Source of the DNA: Methanobacterium sp.
GTDB lineage: Archaea; Methanobacteriota; Methanobacteria; Methanobacteriales; Methanobacteriaceae
Direction: 5' to 3'
Assembly (NCBI GenBank): GCA_003166335.1
Contig: PMWA01000059.1
Span: 1-11,898 of the forward strand
Length of the DNA: 11,898 bases
Shown piece after piece: positions 1-8,136 of the stretch (its first letter is position 1; the number at the start of each line of letters is the position of its first letter). The notes below the pieces were generated by a model. The model did no database searches, had not been told where the DNA came from, and saw nothing but the letters and a program-made list of their open reading frames with translations. Position numbers and translations under genes: made by a program.

Positions 1-1
1 A

Positions 2-691
2 ATTGGCACTGCACATGTTTCTGACAAGAGCGTAGAAGAAGTTAAAGCAGCTATACTGGAAATTGAACCCAATCTTGTGGCGGTTGAATTAGATTTAGCC
101 CGTTATAATAATCTCTTGAATGAGAAAATGGGTGGAGATCAACAAAAAGATGTTAAGGTAAGGGAGTTAATTAAAAATGACCAGTTAACCATATTTATCA
201 TTAGTAAGTTTCTTTCTTACATGCAGAAGAGGATAGGTGAAGATGTAGGGGTTAAACCGGGTTCAGAGATGATGGCTGCTATTGAAGCTGCTGAAAAAGT
301 AGGTGCTCGCGTAGTGCTTATTGATCGAGATATACAGATAACACTTAAAAGGGGTTTAAATCAGATGAGTCTTTGGGAAAAGATTAAATTTGCTTCTGGA
401 TTAGTGGGATCAATTTTCAGTCGAGGCGAAGTAGTGGAAGATATTGAAAAAATAAAAGAGAAGGATACTCTGTCTGAAGTCATGGAATACTTCCAGCAAA
501 TGTCTCCCAAAGCATTTGATGTTTTGGTAACTGAGAGGGATGCATATATGGCTCGTATGCTGCTGGATATACCTCCAGAAGAGAATGTAGTGGCCGTAGT
601 TGGTGCTGGACATCAGAAGGGGATTAAGGACTTCATGGATAACCCTGAGAGTATACCTCCATTATCAGAACTTTTAAAGTTAAAAAATTAA
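2..691 (+). CDS. TraB/PrgY (pheromone shutdown-related) domain protein, 5'-truncated by the window edge
   Basis: The frame of ORF 77..691 is open back to position 2 ([31 protein letters not shown]), so GTG77 is internal. TraB motifs [28 protein letters not shown] and AVVGAGH are present. Confidence 0.92.
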   Translation: MGTAHVSDKSVEEVKAAILEIEPNLVAVELDLARYNNLLNEKMGGDQQKDVKVRELIKNDQLTIFIISKFLSYMQKRIGEDVGVKPGSEMMAAIEAAEKVGARVVLIDRDIQITLKRGLNQMSLWEKIKFASGLVGSIFSRGEVVEDIEKIKEKDTLSEVMEYFQQMSPKAFDVLVTERDAYMARMLLDIPPEENVVAVVGAGHQKGIKDFMDNPESIPPLSELLKLKN

Positions 692-986
692 ATAATATGC
701 TATTCTTGAAAAAATGGTAATATATCTATATATTTTAATCATCATTTTTTTTAGTGTTGTCTTATGAATGCTTTTTGATTGAAAAATTAATTTAATTAAT
801 TAAAGTTTAATCTACTAATTTATTTTAAAAACTATTTTTTTAATCGTGTAAATAGCCATTTTATACTATTAATTATTTCACTTAATAATAGAAAATTTAA
901 CATCAACTAATTTTACCCAAACTATAAAGTAGAATAAGATAAATTATTTCTAGATTATAATTCCAAAAGAATAAATTATACTAGAG

Positions 987-1006
987 ATTCATATAAACCT
1001 ATGAAT
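987..1006 (+). promoter_or_regulatory. Putative TATA box (TATAAA 992-997) inside an inverted repeat ATTCATA-N6-TATGAAT, upstream of the DUF1922 gene
   Basis: Perfect 7-bp arms at 987-993 and 1000-1006. The TATA position implies a transcription start near 1020, just before the RBS AGGTGA (1031-1036). Confidence 0.45.
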
Positions 1007-1042
1007 ATGAACTCTGGAAAACACCTTAAGAGGTGATTCAAA

Positions 1043-1258
1043 ATGTATCTCGTATTTAGATGTAATTGTGGTCGTGCCGGATACGTTAAAGAGGGAGTCA
1101 TCCAAAAAAAATGTGTTTGCGGTGAAATCCTGAAAATCAAAGATAGGAGAATTCTACATAAGACTGAAAGCGTTCAAAATGCCTCGGAAATTATTAGAAA
1201 ACTGCAGGAAGAGAAGTATGGTTCCGGATATTTAACTACTGCGGATAAAATACGCTGA
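1043..1258 (+). CDS. DUF1922 family small Cys-rich protein (MTH1184-like)
   Basis: 71 aa, [11 protein letters not shown]...KKCVCG...[17 protein letters not shown] with two CxC pairs, closely resembling M. thermautotrophicus MTH1184 as I recall it. RBS AGGTGA at 1031-1036. Confidence 0.88.
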   Translation: MYLVFRCNCGRAGYVKEGVIQKKCVCGEILKIKDRRILHKTESVQNASEIIRKLQEEKYGSGYLTTADKIR

Positions 1259-1373
1259 AATGTTGAAACGTGCTCCCAATATAATAAATAAGATTCATTT
1301 TTCGAATAAAATTCCTCTTAAATATAATTCTCTCGTTTTACATTCATTAATAAATTAGGTGAAGCTGATTTTT

Positions 1374-2960
1374 ATGACGCCCAATATTTATGATATTACA
1401 AAAGATGGCGAAAGAAAGAACATTGAGTTTAAAGAAAATCTTAAAGAAAATTTTCACCTTAAAAAAGAGCGAATCCAACGCCTTGCATCCCAAATGAAGT
1501 ATAGAATGGAAAAAGGAGATGGTGAAGCCGTTTATTTTATAGGAGTGGATGATGATGGAAAACTGGTGGGTCTCAAAAATGAGGAGATGAAAGAATCAAT
1601 CTTTGTTTTGACGAAAGTAGCACAGGAAATTGGAGCTGAAGTTTCAAAAACACAATATCAGGAAGCGGGTAAAGGAAAAGTGGCTAAAACTTTAATATGC
1701 AAAAATAGCAATCTTAAACGTGAACATCTTCTAATTGGAGTTGCAGGACATGTGGATCATGGAAAAAGCACCTTAGTGGGTACTCTCATGACTGGATCCT
1801 TGGATAATGGTTCAGGAAGAACCCGAATATTCCTGGACGTGCAGAAACATGAAATAGAGAGAGGTCTTTCTGCAGATCTTTCCTTCGCAGTTTATGGATT
1901 CCGAGGTGGAAATCCAGTACGCATTAAAAATCCTCTGCAAAAAAAAGAAAAGTCTAAAGTAGTGGAGCATTGCGAAAAAGTGGTTTCATTTGTAGATACT
2001 GTGGGACATGAACCTTGGCTTCGAACCACCATCCGTGGGATAGTGGGACAGAAATTAAACTACGGTTTACTAACTATCGCTGCTGATCAAGGCCCTACCC
2101 ACATAACTAAAGAACATCTAGGAATTATGTTAGCAATGGAACTGCCTTTAATGGTAACTATTACCAAAATAGATATGGTAACCACTGGAAAAGTCAATGA
2201 AGTTAAAGAAGAAGTATTTGAACTCTTAAAGCTGGTTGGAAGAATCCCTTTCATGGTTAAATCAAGTGATGACGCAGTATTTATAGCTAAAAACATGAAT
2301 CAACATTTAGTGCCGGTGATTAAAGTATCACCTGTTACTGGGGTAGGATTAGAGCTTCTTGATGAGTTATTCTGTCAGTTAAAGGTTCCTTCTGATAGTG
2401 AGTGTAAAAAACCATTCATGATGTATATTGACAGGATATACTCCGTTTTAGGGGTGGGTACAGTGGTAAGTGGAACAGTGAGGCAAGGAAAGATTAAAAA
2501 AGGCGATAAGCTCCTTTTAGGACCAACGAACTCTGGAAAATTCATCCCTATAAGTGTACGTTCAATTGAAATGCATTACTTTAAAAAAGACAGCGCAGAA
2601 GCAGGGGAAGTGGTGGGAATATCCATTAGTGGAGCTGAAGTAAATTTCATTAAAAGAGGTATGATCATCTCGGATTTACTTTATAAACCACAACCAGTAC
2701 GGGAATTTGAGGCGGATGTAACTATATTAGTGCATCCCACAACCATAAAAGAGGGTTATGAATGTATAACTCACATCGAAACTATTGCAGAAACTACAAT
2801 ATTCCAACCTTTGAATAAGGAATATCTTTCAGCCGGAGACACTGGTAAAATTAGGATGAGATTTAAATATCGACCTTATGCTATTCGAGAAGGACAAAAG
2901 CTCATATTCCGGGAAGGACGAAGTAAAGGCGTTGGTGAAATCAGTAAAATATGTGAATAA
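1374..2960 (+). CDS. Archaeal GTPBP (GTPBP1/2-like, EF-1A/EF-Tu superfamily) translational GTPase with an N-terminal Schlafen/AlbA_2-like domain
   Basis: G1 GHVDHGKST, effector HEIERGLS, G3 DTVGH, G4 TKID. EF-Tu-like domain II ([17 protein letters not shown]) and domain III ([10 protein letters not shown]) follow. ATG1374 is preferred as start because GTG1359 lies within the RBS AGGTGA (1357-1362). Confidence 0.92.
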   Translation: MTPNIYDITKDGERKNIEFKENLKENFHLKKERIQRLASQMKYRMEKGDGEAVYFIGVDDDGKLVGLKNEEMKESIFVLTKVAQEIGAEVSKTQYQEAGKGKVAKTLICKNSNLKREHLLIGVAGHVDHGKSTLVGTLMTGSLDNGSGRTRIFLDVQKHEIERGLSADLSFAVYGFRGGNPVRIKNPLQKKEKSKVVEHCEKVVSFVDTVGHEPWLRTTIRGIVGQKLNYGLLTIAADQGPTHITKEHLGIMLAMELPLMVTITKIDMVTTGKVNEVKEEVFELLKLVGRIPFMVKSSDDAVFIAKNMNQHLVPVIKVSPVTGVGLELLDELFCQLKVPSDSECKKPFMMYIDRIYSVLGVGTVVSGTVRQGKIKKGDKLLLGPTNSGKFIPISVRSIEMHYFKKDSAEAGEVVGISISGAEVNFIKRGMIISDLLYKPQPVREFEADVTILVHPTTIKEGYECITHIETIAETTIFQPLNKEYLSAGDTGKIRMRFKYRPYAIREGQKLIFREGRSKGVGEISKICE

Positions 2961-3001
2961 ACTCCAAATATTATAATTTTATAAATGATTATTACATTAT
3001 A

Positions 3002-3009
3002 TTTTTTTT
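3002..3009 (+). terminator. Putative oligo-T terminator after the GTPase gene
   Basis: T8 tract about 40 nt downstream of the stop codon. T-tracts are common by chance in this DNA. Confidence 0.4.
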
Positions 3010-3110
3010 GTAAATTGAGATAATGCAATGTTAAATCGAATTAAAAAATCTAACTGAGTAAAATAAGGTTCAAAGTTAAAAAATTCCATAAAAATAATGA
3101 TTGGAAAAAA

Positions 3111-3908
3111 ATGGAAAATTCAAGTTTAATTCAGGAACAGTACGCAAATTCAAAGAATTTCGCTACAAGAGTTGAATTAAATAGGAGATTTGGAACTAAT
3201 CCGTATAGATGGACGTCTTGGGTATTTGATCAGATCAAATTTCCTGAAAGAGCTAGAGTATTGGAACTTGGCTGTGGAAATGCACTTTTGTGGAGATCTA
3301 ATCTACTTAGAATACCAAATGATTCACACATTATATTGTCAGATTTCTCTGAAGGGATGTTGAAAGATGCTAAGAATATTTTAAATGCTGCATTAGATAA
3401 ATTTCAATTCAAAATAATAAATGCAGAACAAATCCCTTATTTTAATGGTTTATTTGATATTGTTATTGCAAATTATATGCTCTACCATATTCCTGATCTT
3501 GAGAAAGCCTTATCTGAAATTAGTAGAGTGCTTAAGACTAGTGGTAAATTTTATGCAGCCACATTTGGATTAGATTACATGAAAGAATTAACTGAGCTTG
3601 TGTCCAATTATGATAATAATACTTCATTTTCGTTAAGACCTCTTGCACGTGTATTTGGTCTAGAAAATGGAGGTAAAATGTTAAGAAAATATTTTGAAGA
3701 TGTTAAAATGATGAAATATAATGATAATTTAGAAGTTACAGAAGCTGAGCCACTCGTAAACTATATTTTGTCTACAAAAGTAAACAAAATCATTAAAGAC
3801 TCTAATAAGGAAGATTTTAAGGAATATATTGTAAATATTCTCAAAATTAGAAGTAAAATAGAAATTACTAAAGAATCAGGCCTATTCATGGCCCAAAAGC
3901 CAAAATAA
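3111..3908 (+). CDS. Class I SAM-dependent methyltransferase, substrate unknown
   Basis: Motif I VLELGCGN, acidic beta-2 motif LSDFSEGML, and FDIVIANYMLYH...ALSEISRVLK..G. It resembles the methyltransferase domain of Firmicutes MerR-methyltransferase fusions (recalled, not searched). Confidence 0.9.
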   Translation: MENSSLIQEQYANSKNFATRVELNRRFGTNPYRWTSWVFDQIKFPERARVLELGCGNALLWRSNLLRIPNDSHIILSDFSEGMLKDAKNILNAALDKFQFKIINAEQIPYFNGLFDIVIANYMLYHIPDLEKALSEISRVLKTSGKFYAATFGLDYMKELTELVSNYDNNTSFSLRPLARVFGLENGGKMLRKYFEDVKMMKYNDNLEVTEAEPLVNYILSTKVNKIIKDSNKEDFKEYIVNILKIRSKIEITKESGLFMAQKPK

Positions 3909-4111
3909 ACGTTTAATTCCTTGAAATACCACATAATAATGTTTATATGAATAATTATTATAAAGTTTAAATCAACACATTATATGACAACCAAATCATA
4001 TGTGAGATCACAATAAAATTTATTTAAGGTATGTATGCTTCATTTTTCTATTTTTTTATGAAAAATGGTGCAGTTTTGGTGCAAAAAATTAAAGTTTCAG
4101 GGATTATTTTG

Positions 4112-4963
4112 TTATAGATTTTTATTTATCTCATCAAGCATTTCGCATGCTTTACATATGCTTAACGAGGATGCTTCACCACATTTTTCGCATTCAAAAA
4201 GTTCGACAAATTTTTTATTGGGTTTAAAAGTTTTTTCAAAAGATTCTAGTAAGTTTAGTTTTGTGCCTGCATAATCTTCTTCTAATTTATTTAAATAAGT
4301 TTTTAATTTAGCTCTCAATGATTGTTGGGAATAGGGGCATTCTGCAAAATGTACTTCTACTTCATTGAGAATTGCCCAGATTCCCACATCCTTCTCAGGA
4401 ATTCTCCATAAAGGTTTGATTCTGGGGATTAGCTGGGGGTGAATTCTATCTAATTTAGGTCCAAACTTGGAAAATCTTCGAAAATCAGCACGGGCAAAGC
4501 TCATAAGATATGATTGAACTTCATCATCTAGATTATGACCTGTAGCCAGTTTTTCTGCACCTAATTGATGAGCAGTTTTATTGAGAGCATGTCTCCTGAA
4601 AACTCCGCATGGTATGCATGCACTTTTGTATAGACTGTGAATCTGATCCAATTGTAATCCATATTCTTCTTTAAATGATTTTTCTACCAATTCAATTTCT
4701 AATGAATTAGCATATTTACGGGCAGTTTCTAAACCATTCTCCCGGTATCCTAAAATACCCTCATCTATGGAAATAGCAACTAATTGTAAATTAAATTCAT
4801 TACGAAACTTATCTAGAAGGAACATGGTTAAGATACTATCTTTTCCACCAGAAAGTGCAATTGCTACTTTTTCACCTTTCTCTATTAATTTATATTCCTT
4901 AATTACCTTTCTAACCCTTTCCTCTAAATTATAATTGAATTTTTCTCTATTTAGGGGTTCCAT
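4112..4963 (-). CDS. TtuA/NcsA/Ctu1-family (TIGR00269-like) PP-loop [4Fe-4S] tRNA thiolase homologue
   Basis: PP-loop SGGKDS, CIPC + CPY putative Fe-S ligands, [14 protein letters not shown] and C-terminal Zn finger CEKC...CKAC. No N-terminal Zn finger. Confidence 0.9.
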   Translation of the reverse strand: MEPLNREKFNYNLEERVRKVIKEYKLIEKGEKVAIALSGGKDSILTMFLLDKFRNEFNLQLVAISIDEGILGYRENGLETARKYANSLEIELVEKSFKEEYGLQLDQIHSLYKSACIPCGVFRRHALNKTAHQLGAEKLATGHNLDDEVQSYLMSFARADFRRFSKFGPKLDRIHPQLIPRIKPLWRIPEKDVGIWAILNEVEVHFAECPYSQQSLRAKLKTYLNKLEEDYAGTKLNLLESFEKTFKPNKKFVELFECEKCGEASSLSICKACEMLDEINKNL

Positions 4964-4999
4964 AAAAAGTATATAGAAATTGAAACATATATATGAACC
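4964..4999. promoter_or_regulatory. Compact bidirectional promoter region
   Basis: Only 36 bp separate the two divergent ATGs. AAAAAG-TATATAG (TATA at 4970-4976) could serve the + gene and palindromic CATATATATG (4986-4995) the - gene. No RBS is visible on either strand. Confidence 0.6.
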
Positions 5000-5302
5000 A
5001 TGATATCTGCAGAACTTACTATAATACCTATAGGAACGTCCGGGACCAGCCTCAGCAAATATATAGCTGCTGCCGTTTCAGCTCTGGATAAAGTAGGTGT
5101 TAAGTATAATATAACTGGTATGGGAACTATTATAGAGGCCAATAACCCTGAAAACCTATTTAATTCCATAAAAATGGCTCATGAAGCTGTTTTTAATGAA
5201 GGAGCTCAGAGAGTAGCCACCAGCGTGAAAATAGATGATCGACGGGATAAAGAAGAGACTTTAGAAGAGAAAGTATTATCCGTAAAGAAAAAAATGTCTT
5301 AA
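5000..5302 (+). CDS. MTH1187 family thiamine-binding protein (DUF77/YkoF-like fold)
   Basis: 100 aa, [21 protein letters not shown]...GMGTIIE...[18 protein letters not shown]...EKV.SV, a typical family pattern. Confidence 0.93.
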   Translation: MISAELTIIPIGTSGTSLSKYIAAAVSALDKVGVKYNITGMGTIIEANNPENLFNSIKMAHEAVFNEGAQRVATSVKIDDRRDKEETLEEKVLSVKKKMS

Positions 5303-5522
5303 ACCCGCTATCTTCTTAAAATAATCCAACATAAACACTTAAAAGATTTTGGAATAGTTCACCAATTATACATTAAAAAATTAATTATAATACAAAAATA
5401 TTATTTTAATTAAATTGTTCAGCTTAAAGCTTACATCATTTAATTAATAGTAAGAATTTAAAAAAAAATAGAATTTTATTTATTTATTCCAAATCAAAAA
5501 AAATTAGTTTTTATATTAAAAT

Positions 5523-6620
5523 CTACTTTAAAATCTTTTCTGAAGCCTCTTTTAGAGCAGCTATTATTTCTTTTAAATCATCTGTGTTTAGACCCGGATG
5601 TACTGGTATAGAAAGCACTTCATTAGCTGCTTTATCTGCTTGAATACAATTTCCTTTAATCCCTAAGTTTTGGTAGAGTATTTGATTATAAATTGTTTTA
5701 GGATAATGAATTCCTGTTCCTATTTCCCTTTCAGTGAGATAATCTTTTAATTTATCTCTTTTACCATTCTCCACTTTGATAGTGTACTGATGAAATACAT
5801 GTTTAACTTGATCTGCTACAAAAGGAGGTGTAATTCCACAAATCTCATTTATGTGAGTTGTTAGATACTTTGCATTTTTTATTCTGCTGTTATTGAAATT
5901 ATTCAATCTTTTAAGTTGGACTAATCCAATAGCTGCGGCTATATCAGTCATACGAAAATTATAGCCCAGTATAGTGTGAGTGTAGCGTTCAGTTTCACCA
6001 TGCGCTCTTAATATGCGCGCTGTATCTGCTAATTTACTGTTATTAGTCGTTATCATTCCACCTTCACTAGTAGTCATATTTTTTGTTGGATAAAAACTGA
6101 AACAAGCAATATCACCTAATGATCCAGCCATACGATCCTTGTAAATAGCACCATGAGCCTGTGCTGCATCTTCAATGATTTTTAAATCATATTTTTCTGC
6201 TATCTGGTTTATAGAGTCCATTTCTGCTGGTTGCCCATAGAGATGTACGGGCATGATGGCTTTGGTTTTCTCAGTTATGGCTTCTTCAATTTTATAAGGG
6301 TCTAAATTGTAGGTTTGAGGATTTATATCCACAAAAACTGGTTTAGCACCCGTATACAATATCGAATTCGCCGTTGCAGCAAAGCTGAAAGGTGTGGTTA
6401 TTACTTCATCATGCTTTTTTAATCCAAGAGATAAGAGGGCTAAGTGTAAAGCCGTAGTTCCTGAACTGGTTGCCACTGCATATTCTGTACCAATATATTC
6501 AGCAAATTTCTCCTCAAACTCTGCTACTTTGGGTCCTTGTGCAATAAATCCTGATTTTAAAACTTTTACGACTTCTTCTATTTCTTGATCTGAGATTAAT
6601 GGTTGTGCAATTGATATCAA
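5523..6620 (-). CDS. DegT/DnrJ/EryC1/StrS PLP-dependent nucleotide-sugar aminotransferase
   Basis: [41 protein letters not shown] (PLP lysine) and GYNFRM motifs. TTG start preceded by RBS AAGGTGA on the minus strand. Confidence 0.95.
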   Translation of the reverse strand: MISIAQPLISDQEIEEVVKVLKSGFIAQGPKVAEFEEKFAEYIGTEYAVATSSGTTALHLALLSLGLKKHDEVITTPFSFAATANSILYTGAKPVFVDINPQTYNLDPYKIEEAITEKTKAIMPVHLYGQPAEMDSINQIAEKYDLKIIEDAAQAHGAIYKDRMAGSLGDIACFSFYPTKNMTTSEGGMITTNNSKLADTARILRAHGETERYTHTILGYNFRMTDIAAAIGLVQLKRLNNFNNSRIKNAKYLTTHINEICGITPPFVADQVKHVFHQYTIKVENGKRDKLKDYLTEREIGTGIHYPKTIYNQILYQNLGIKGNCIQADKAANEVLSIPVHPGLNTDDLKEIIAALKEASEKILK

Positions 6621-6845
6621 AAATTATCACCTTATATTTGACATGGAATGTTTTTTTGTAATATAATATAATATAGTTCAGAAGACACCATAATATAATC
6701 TTAATTATGCTACTAACTAATTAGGTATTATTATTTGTTTATTTAAATTTAGTGACTAATTAAATATGTTAAAATTTTTGAACCAATTTCACCTTCAACT
6801 AAGAACACCCAAATTTTAAACTATTAAAAAAAGGTTAGAAGTTTC

Positions 6846-8012
6846 ATGAATACTATTAAAAATGATAAAAGTCTGATCACTATGAATGAGGGAAAGGTGA
6901 GTATAACCGTTCCACACTTCGATAAAATTTCAGCAAAGGCTTTAGTTTTCTATAATCCCGTAATGGAACTTAACCGAGATCTTTCTGTAATAGCCCTCCA
7001 AACTTTCAGGGAAAGCCAGGATGAAGATATAAGTATATGCGATGCCTTTGGAGGTACTGGAATCAGAGGAATAAGATATAGCCGAGAGATAGAAGGAGTC
7101 CAAAATGTGGTTATAAATGACTTGAATCCTCTGGCTGTTCAATTTACAAAAGAAAATATCCTTAAAAATGGTTTAACTAATGTAAAGGTTTTTAGAGAAG
7201 ATGCTAACATTTTAATGCGTAAATGCCGAGGTAAATTTCATGTGGTAGATATTGATCCGTTTGGTACACCATCTCCTTTTATTGAATCTGCCACCATCAG
7301 CGCGAAAGCAGGAGGAATGTTATGTGTAACCGCAACTGATACATCAGCCCTTTGCGGAACTTATAAAGAGCCTTGCATTAGAAAATATGGTTCTATGCCC
7401 CTTAAAACCGAGTATTGTCATGAAAACGGTTTAAGGATATTAGCAGGTTTCATAGCCCGAACCTCTGCCAAATACAAAAAATTCATAGAATTAAAATTCG
7501 CTCATAGCACAGAACATTACCTGCGACTCTACTTAACTTTAGGTAAAGGAGCTAAAAAGACTGATTTGTCCCTCAAAAACATAGGATACATTGTTCACTG
7601 CCCTAAATGCCTCTACCGCAGATTAATATATGGTATTACCCCTCAAATTCCATCAGAATGTCCACAATGCGGAGAAACATTCCAAGTTGGTGGTCCCTTA
7701 TGGCTAGGAAAACTGTTTGATACTGATTTTATAGTAAAGATGATGGAAATATTACCTTCGATTCCTATTAAAAAAGATAAAGAAGCCATTAAACTCCTGA
7801 CAAGATGTTATGAAGAATCTAAAGGCCCCGCTACTTTCTATGATCTACACAAGATCAGCAAAAAATTGAAGATAAGTGCTCCACCACTTAATGAAGTTTT
7901 GAATAAACTAAAAGAAGAAGAGTACTTCGCATCCCGCACCCATATCAAACCTACTGGAATAAAAACAGATGCTCCCCTAGAAACAGTTGAAGAAATTATT
8001 TACAACTTGTAG
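6846..8012 (+). CDS. trm1: tRNA (guanine26-N2)-dimethyltransferase Trm1
   Basis: VFYNP.MELNRD, DAFGGTGIRGIRY, DIDPFGTP, TATD, HENGLRIL, Zn ribbon CPKC...CPQC, GPLWLG and SRTH...GIKTDAP motifs. The start is uncertain (ATG6846 or ATG6882) with no clear RBS. Confidence 0.95.
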   Translation: MNTIKNDKSLITMNEGKVSITVPHFDKISAKALVFYNPVMELNRDLSVIALQTFRESQDEDISICDAFGGTGIRGIRYSREIEGVQNVVINDLNPLAVQFTKENILKNGLTNVKVFREDANILMRKCRGKFHVVDIDPFGTPSPFIESATISAKAGGMLCVTATDTSALCGTYKEPCIRKYGSMPLKTEYCHENGLRILAGFIARTSAKYKKFIELKFAHSTEHYLRLYLTLGKGAKKTDLSLKNIGYIVHCPKCLYRRLIYGITPQIPSECPQCGETFQVGGPLWLGKLFDTDFIVKMMEILPSIPIKKDKEAIKLLTRCYEESKGPATFYDLHKISKKLKISAPPLNEVLNKLKEEEYFASRTHIKPTGIKTDAPLETVEEIIYNL

Positions 8013-8118
8013 TCTTATTTAATAAAAAAATTAAAAATTTTTATCACTAATTATCTAGAGTTATTTAAGTGTATTATCTGTTCTATGCTTATTAAACTTT
8101 TTTTAAATGAATTTTGAA

Positions 8119-8136
8119 TCATATAATTTTATATGA
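8119..8136. promoter_or_regulatory. Inverted repeat TCATATAA-TT-TTATATGA overlapping a likely TATA box (TTTATAT) of the first DUF4013 gene
   Basis: Perfect 8-bp arms about 50 nt upstream of ATG8188. Purine-rich RBS AGGGGGAG at 8173-8180. Confidence 0.45.

Noticed and set aside
410..613. 67-aa minus-strand ORF
   Set aside because: Lies antisense within the TraB gene and has no recognisable motif.
1359..1373. GTG1359 as the GTPase start
   Set aside because: The GTG is part of the RBS AGGTGA; ATG1374 is properly spaced from it.
2087..2296. 69-aa minus-strand ORF
   Set aside because: Antisense shadow of the GTPase gene.
1374..2960. Calling the GTPase EF-1A, SelB or aIF2-gamma
   Set aside because: The extra N-terminal domain and the DTVGHE and TKID motifs fit the GTPBP family, and there is no SelB-type C-terminal extension.
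2972..3962. Loose similarity between the two methyltransferase flanks as possible att sites or target-site duplications
   Set aside because: Only degenerate A/T matches; no exact repeat, integrase or transposase.
4001..4012. TGTGA-N2-TCACA as a CRP site
   Set aside because: CRP requires an N6 spacer, and the site lies between convergent 3' ends in an archaeal context.
4065..4274. 69-aa plus-strand ORF
   Set aside because: Mostly antisense to the TtuA-like gene, with no RBS or motif.
4951..5169. 72-aa minus-strand ORF as the missing TtuA N-terminus via frameshift
   Set aside because: It is antisense to the well-supported MTH1187 gene and contains no cysteines.
6394..6588. 64-aa plus-strand ORF
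   Set aside because: Antisense shadow of the DegT gene.
6659..6673. (TAATA)3 microrepeat
   Set aside because: Low-complexity promoter DNA, too short to be meaningful.
6942..7142. 66-aa minus-strand ORF
   Set aside because: Antisense shadow of trm1.
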